Source of the DNA: an uncultured Acidobacteriota bacterium
Lineage (GTDB): Bacteria; Acidobacteriota; UBA6911
Assembly (NCBI GenBank): GCA_963809485.1
Contig: CAWEJX010000010.1
Location: forward strand, 22,276 to 86,275
Direction of reading: 5' to 3'
DNA length: 64,000 nt
The position numbers and the translations under genes were made by a program. Shown in pieces: positions 61,701 through 64,000 of this stretch (position 1 is its first letter; the number at the start of each line of letters is the position of its first letter). Under the pieces are notes generated by a model. It was not told the DNA's origin. It was given only the letters and a program-made list of their open reading frames with translations, and made no database searches.

Positions 61701-62315
61701 TTATTTCACAATCGAATCGATAAATTGCTTCATCACCATGTACGTAACCAGGCCTTCAACCCTCTGCTGCTTGCCGATGTAGTAAATGAGTGTGGTGGGG
61801 GTGGACCGAACTTCGTGTTTCTCGCCCAGTTCAATCCCTTTTTCGATGGTTGATTTGATGCTGGTGTCCTGCAGGATCTTCTTCAGCTTTTGAAAATCAT
61901 CGCGGGCCAGAGCCTTGGCCACCGTATCCTCGACGCTGCCATCCTGCGACCATTTTGCCTGATCCGTGTAAAGGGAATCCCGGACCTCCAGCAACTGCTG
62001 CGTGCCGATGCGCGCTGCGGCTTCGGAATAATAGGCAGCCACCAAGGCATATTTGTGATAAGACAAAGGATACTCGTGGTAAATGACGCACACTTTATCC
62101 CTGCTGGAATATTCCTTCAGGACCGGCCGGATCGTATGGAGATAATACTCACGGCAGGCAGAGCACTGGAAATCGGAAAAGACCTCGATCCTTATGGGCG
62201 AATTCATCGAGCCCCCCAGCAGCTGGCCGGAGGATTCGTCCAAAGACCGCGCCGGGACCAGGAAAGCCACAAAAAAGAGAATCAGAAGCGCCAACGGTTT
62301 CGTTTTGCCAAGCAT
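61701..62315 (-). CDS. DsbA-like thioredoxin-fold protein
   Basis: Signal peptide, FSDFQCSAC, HEYPL, STPT. Confidence 0.85.
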   Translation of the reverse strand: MLGKTKPLALLILFFVAFLVPARSLDESSGQLLGGSMNSPIRIEVFSDFQCSACREYYLHTIRPVLKEYSSRDKVCVIYHEYPLSYHKYALVAAYYSEAAARIGTQQLLEVRDSLYTDQAKWSQDGSVEDTVAKALARDDFQKLKKILQDTSIKSTIEKGIELGEKHEVRSTPTTLIYYIGKQQRVEGLVTYMVMKQFIDSIVK

Positions 62316-62443
62316 ACCCCATTCCCATAGGGCCCTGGATTCCCCGAATCCAAAGCCTTCCTTAATTATTGTGTTTATTAGGATAGCAATTTATCCTGGA
62401 CGGGACAAACCTTTTCGGAATGAAGCGACGCCCCATCGGCAGG

Positions 62444-62785
62444 TCATGGATTTTTTCTTACTTTGCGCAAACGGAATTGCAGCAGGTGCTCCGGCTTGAA
62501 CTTGCGCCGGGACCAGCGATATCCTTCTTCGAACTGAACCCCCAGCTGATAGTTCAACCTGTCCATTTTGCAATACTTGACGCGGGCTTTGCAGTGATCG
62601 CCGGTAAACTGGAGATCGACAATGGTGTCGGGAGGTATGGGTTCGTCGATTCCCAGGCACGCTCCGGAGGCCGATATGTCATCAAGTATGGCCCACTCAC
62701 TGTGAATGGGGCCGGATGGGGGCTTCCACTGAACTTTGACAAGGTCAGCACAAAGCTCCCTCTCCTCATGGCGTCCTGGTCGCAT
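62444..62785 (-). CDS. PilZ domain protein
   Basis: RHEER (RxxxR) and DISASG (DxSxxG) motifs, LGVQF; start placed at ATG 62785. Confidence 0.8.
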   Translation of the reverse strand: MRPGRHEERELCADLVKVQWKPPSGPIHSEWAILDDISASGACLGIDEPIPPDTIVDLQFTGDHCKARVKYCKMDRLNYQLGVQFEEGYRWSRRKFKPEHLLQFRLRKVRKNP

Positions 62786-62928
62786 GAGTAATTTATCGGC
62801 AAACCCATGCAATTGTTTACTTTGCTTTTTGGGATGGTGCATTGCAGCCACAGCTCGAGGCCGCCCCGGCTGAATGCCCGCTTCCTCATCGCCGCGCAGT
62901 CGCCCCGTCGTCATAGGCAGTAACAATC

Positions 62929-63444
62929 CTAACCGGGGATCCCCGTCTTTAGAGCTTCGAGTGCTTTGCCATAATCGGGTTCCTGTGCGATCTCCGGCAC
63001 CTGCTCTGTGTAAATTACTTTCCCCTGTTCGTCGGCGACCACAATCGCCCGGGAGAGCAAGCCCTCCAGCGGGCCATCCGTGATGCGGACTCCGTAAGCG
63101 TCGCTGAAATTGCTATCCCGGTATTCGGAGCCCGTGATGACATGATCCAGCCCTTCCGCCGCACAAAAACGCTTTTGTGCAAATGGAAGATCCCTGGATA
63201 TGCACAATACAACCGTGTTTTTGAAGTTTGCGGCCTCCACGTTGAATCGTCTTACCGACGCGGCGCAGACCGAGGTGTCTACACTCGGGAATATATTTAT
63301 CACCACTTTTCTGCCCCTGAATTCGCTCAGCGAGACGGTAGAAAGATCCGCTTTAATGACTTTGAAATCAGGTGCCTGCGAACCGACTTTGGGGAGAGAT
63401 CCGGCCGTATTTATTGGATTCCCTTTAAAAGCTATTTTTGCCAT
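62929..63444 (-). CDS. tpx: Thiol peroxidase
   Basis: FPSVDTSVCA, ISRDLPFAQKRFC, EPDY. Confidence 0.95.
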   Translation of the reverse strand: MAKIAFKGNPINTAGSLPKVGSQAPDFKVIKADLSTVSLSEFRGRKVVINIFPSVDTSVCAASVRRFNVEAANFKNTVVLCISRDLPFAQKRFCAAEGLDHVITGSEYRDSNFSDAYGVRITDGPLEGLLSRAIVVADEQGKVIYTEQVPEIAQEPDYGKALEALKTGIPG

Positions 63445-63518
63445 CGTGTTTTGCCTCCCGGGTACCTACAGCATTGTTTTTGCGAATACCGGAGCATTTT
63501 ACAGTCTGCAGCCCGACA

Positions 63519-64000
63519 TTAGAAGGAATCTGTAAGCTTCGACCCCTCGCCCGAATAATCCTCACCCGCGGAGCGGCCTGCAATGAAGTCTCCCGTAATC
63601 ATCTCTTTATAGCCCATGCCCGGCCCGACCATCGGATAAACGCAGGCATCAGGGTCGATCATAACTTCGAGGAAGGCCGGCCCGTCAAACTTGACAAATT
63701 TTTCCAGGGTCTCCTTCACCTGATCTTTTTCACTCAGACGCATGGCGAAACCGAATCCATCGGCTTCGGCGGTTTTTACAAAATCTTTCTGCCGGAGGGA
63801 CTTGTCCGATCCTGAAAAGCGATTGCCGAAGTAAAGCTTCTGCCATTGGCGCACCATGCCGTCTCCGTGGTTATTGAGCAGCAGAACTTTTATGGGCAGG
63901 TTGTAGGTTGTGGTGGTTTCCAGTTCGCCCAGGTTCATCCGCATGCTGCCGTCGCCATCGACATCGATCACGAGGCGGTCGGGAAAAGCCATCTGGGCGC
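63519..64000 (-). CDS. ilvB: Acetolactate synthase large subunit, C-terminal part (runs off the window)
   Basis: DGDGSMRMN, LLNN..GMVRQWQ, VYPMV. Confidence 0.85.
   Translation of the reverse strand, partial: AQMAFPDRLVIDVDGDGSMRMNLGELETTTTYNLPIKVLLLNNHGDGMVRQWQKLYFGNRFSGSDKSLRQKDFVKTAEADGFGFAMRLSEKDQVKETLEKFVKFDGPAFLEVMIDPDACVYPMVGPGMGYKEMITGDFIAGRSAGEDYSGEGSKLTDSF

Overview
GC-rich bacterial chromosomal window. Gene content suggests an anaerobic Acidobacteriota-like genome, which is an inference. The left 12 kb is a minus-strand redox cluster with two xanthine-dehydrogenase-family molybdoenzyme systems, an FAD oxidoreductase, a Tat-exported 4Fe-4S protein and a UGSC-like fusion protein that lacks the Sec/Cys motif. 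The stretch from about 7.3 to 11.3 kb is riddled with single-base frameshifts, probably read-consensus errors. The rest is mostly housekeeping: uvrA, queE, htrA, hrcA-grpE-dnaK-dnaJ-rsmE, thiD, LOG, dGTPase, proS, hemE, tRNA-Cys, cyclophilin, an ECF sigma/anti-sigma pair, mutY, tpx and ilvB. Best leads: (1) an operon after tRNA-Cys encoding an apparently catalytically dead secreted gluzincin-like protein, three tandem membrane-fusion proteins and a MacB-type permease with no ATPase or TolC; (2) a shared ECF-type promoter, TG(T/C)AAC-N15-17-CGTAA, upstream of that operon, htrA and the local ECF sigma gene; (3) the UGSC-like fusion and a GltD-like module inserted into an XDH FAD subunit; (4) IS200-derived miniature palindromic elements and several inverted heptamer repeat families, including G-quadruplex-capable (GGGATTA)n tracts. 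All family assignments come from motif recognition, not database searches.
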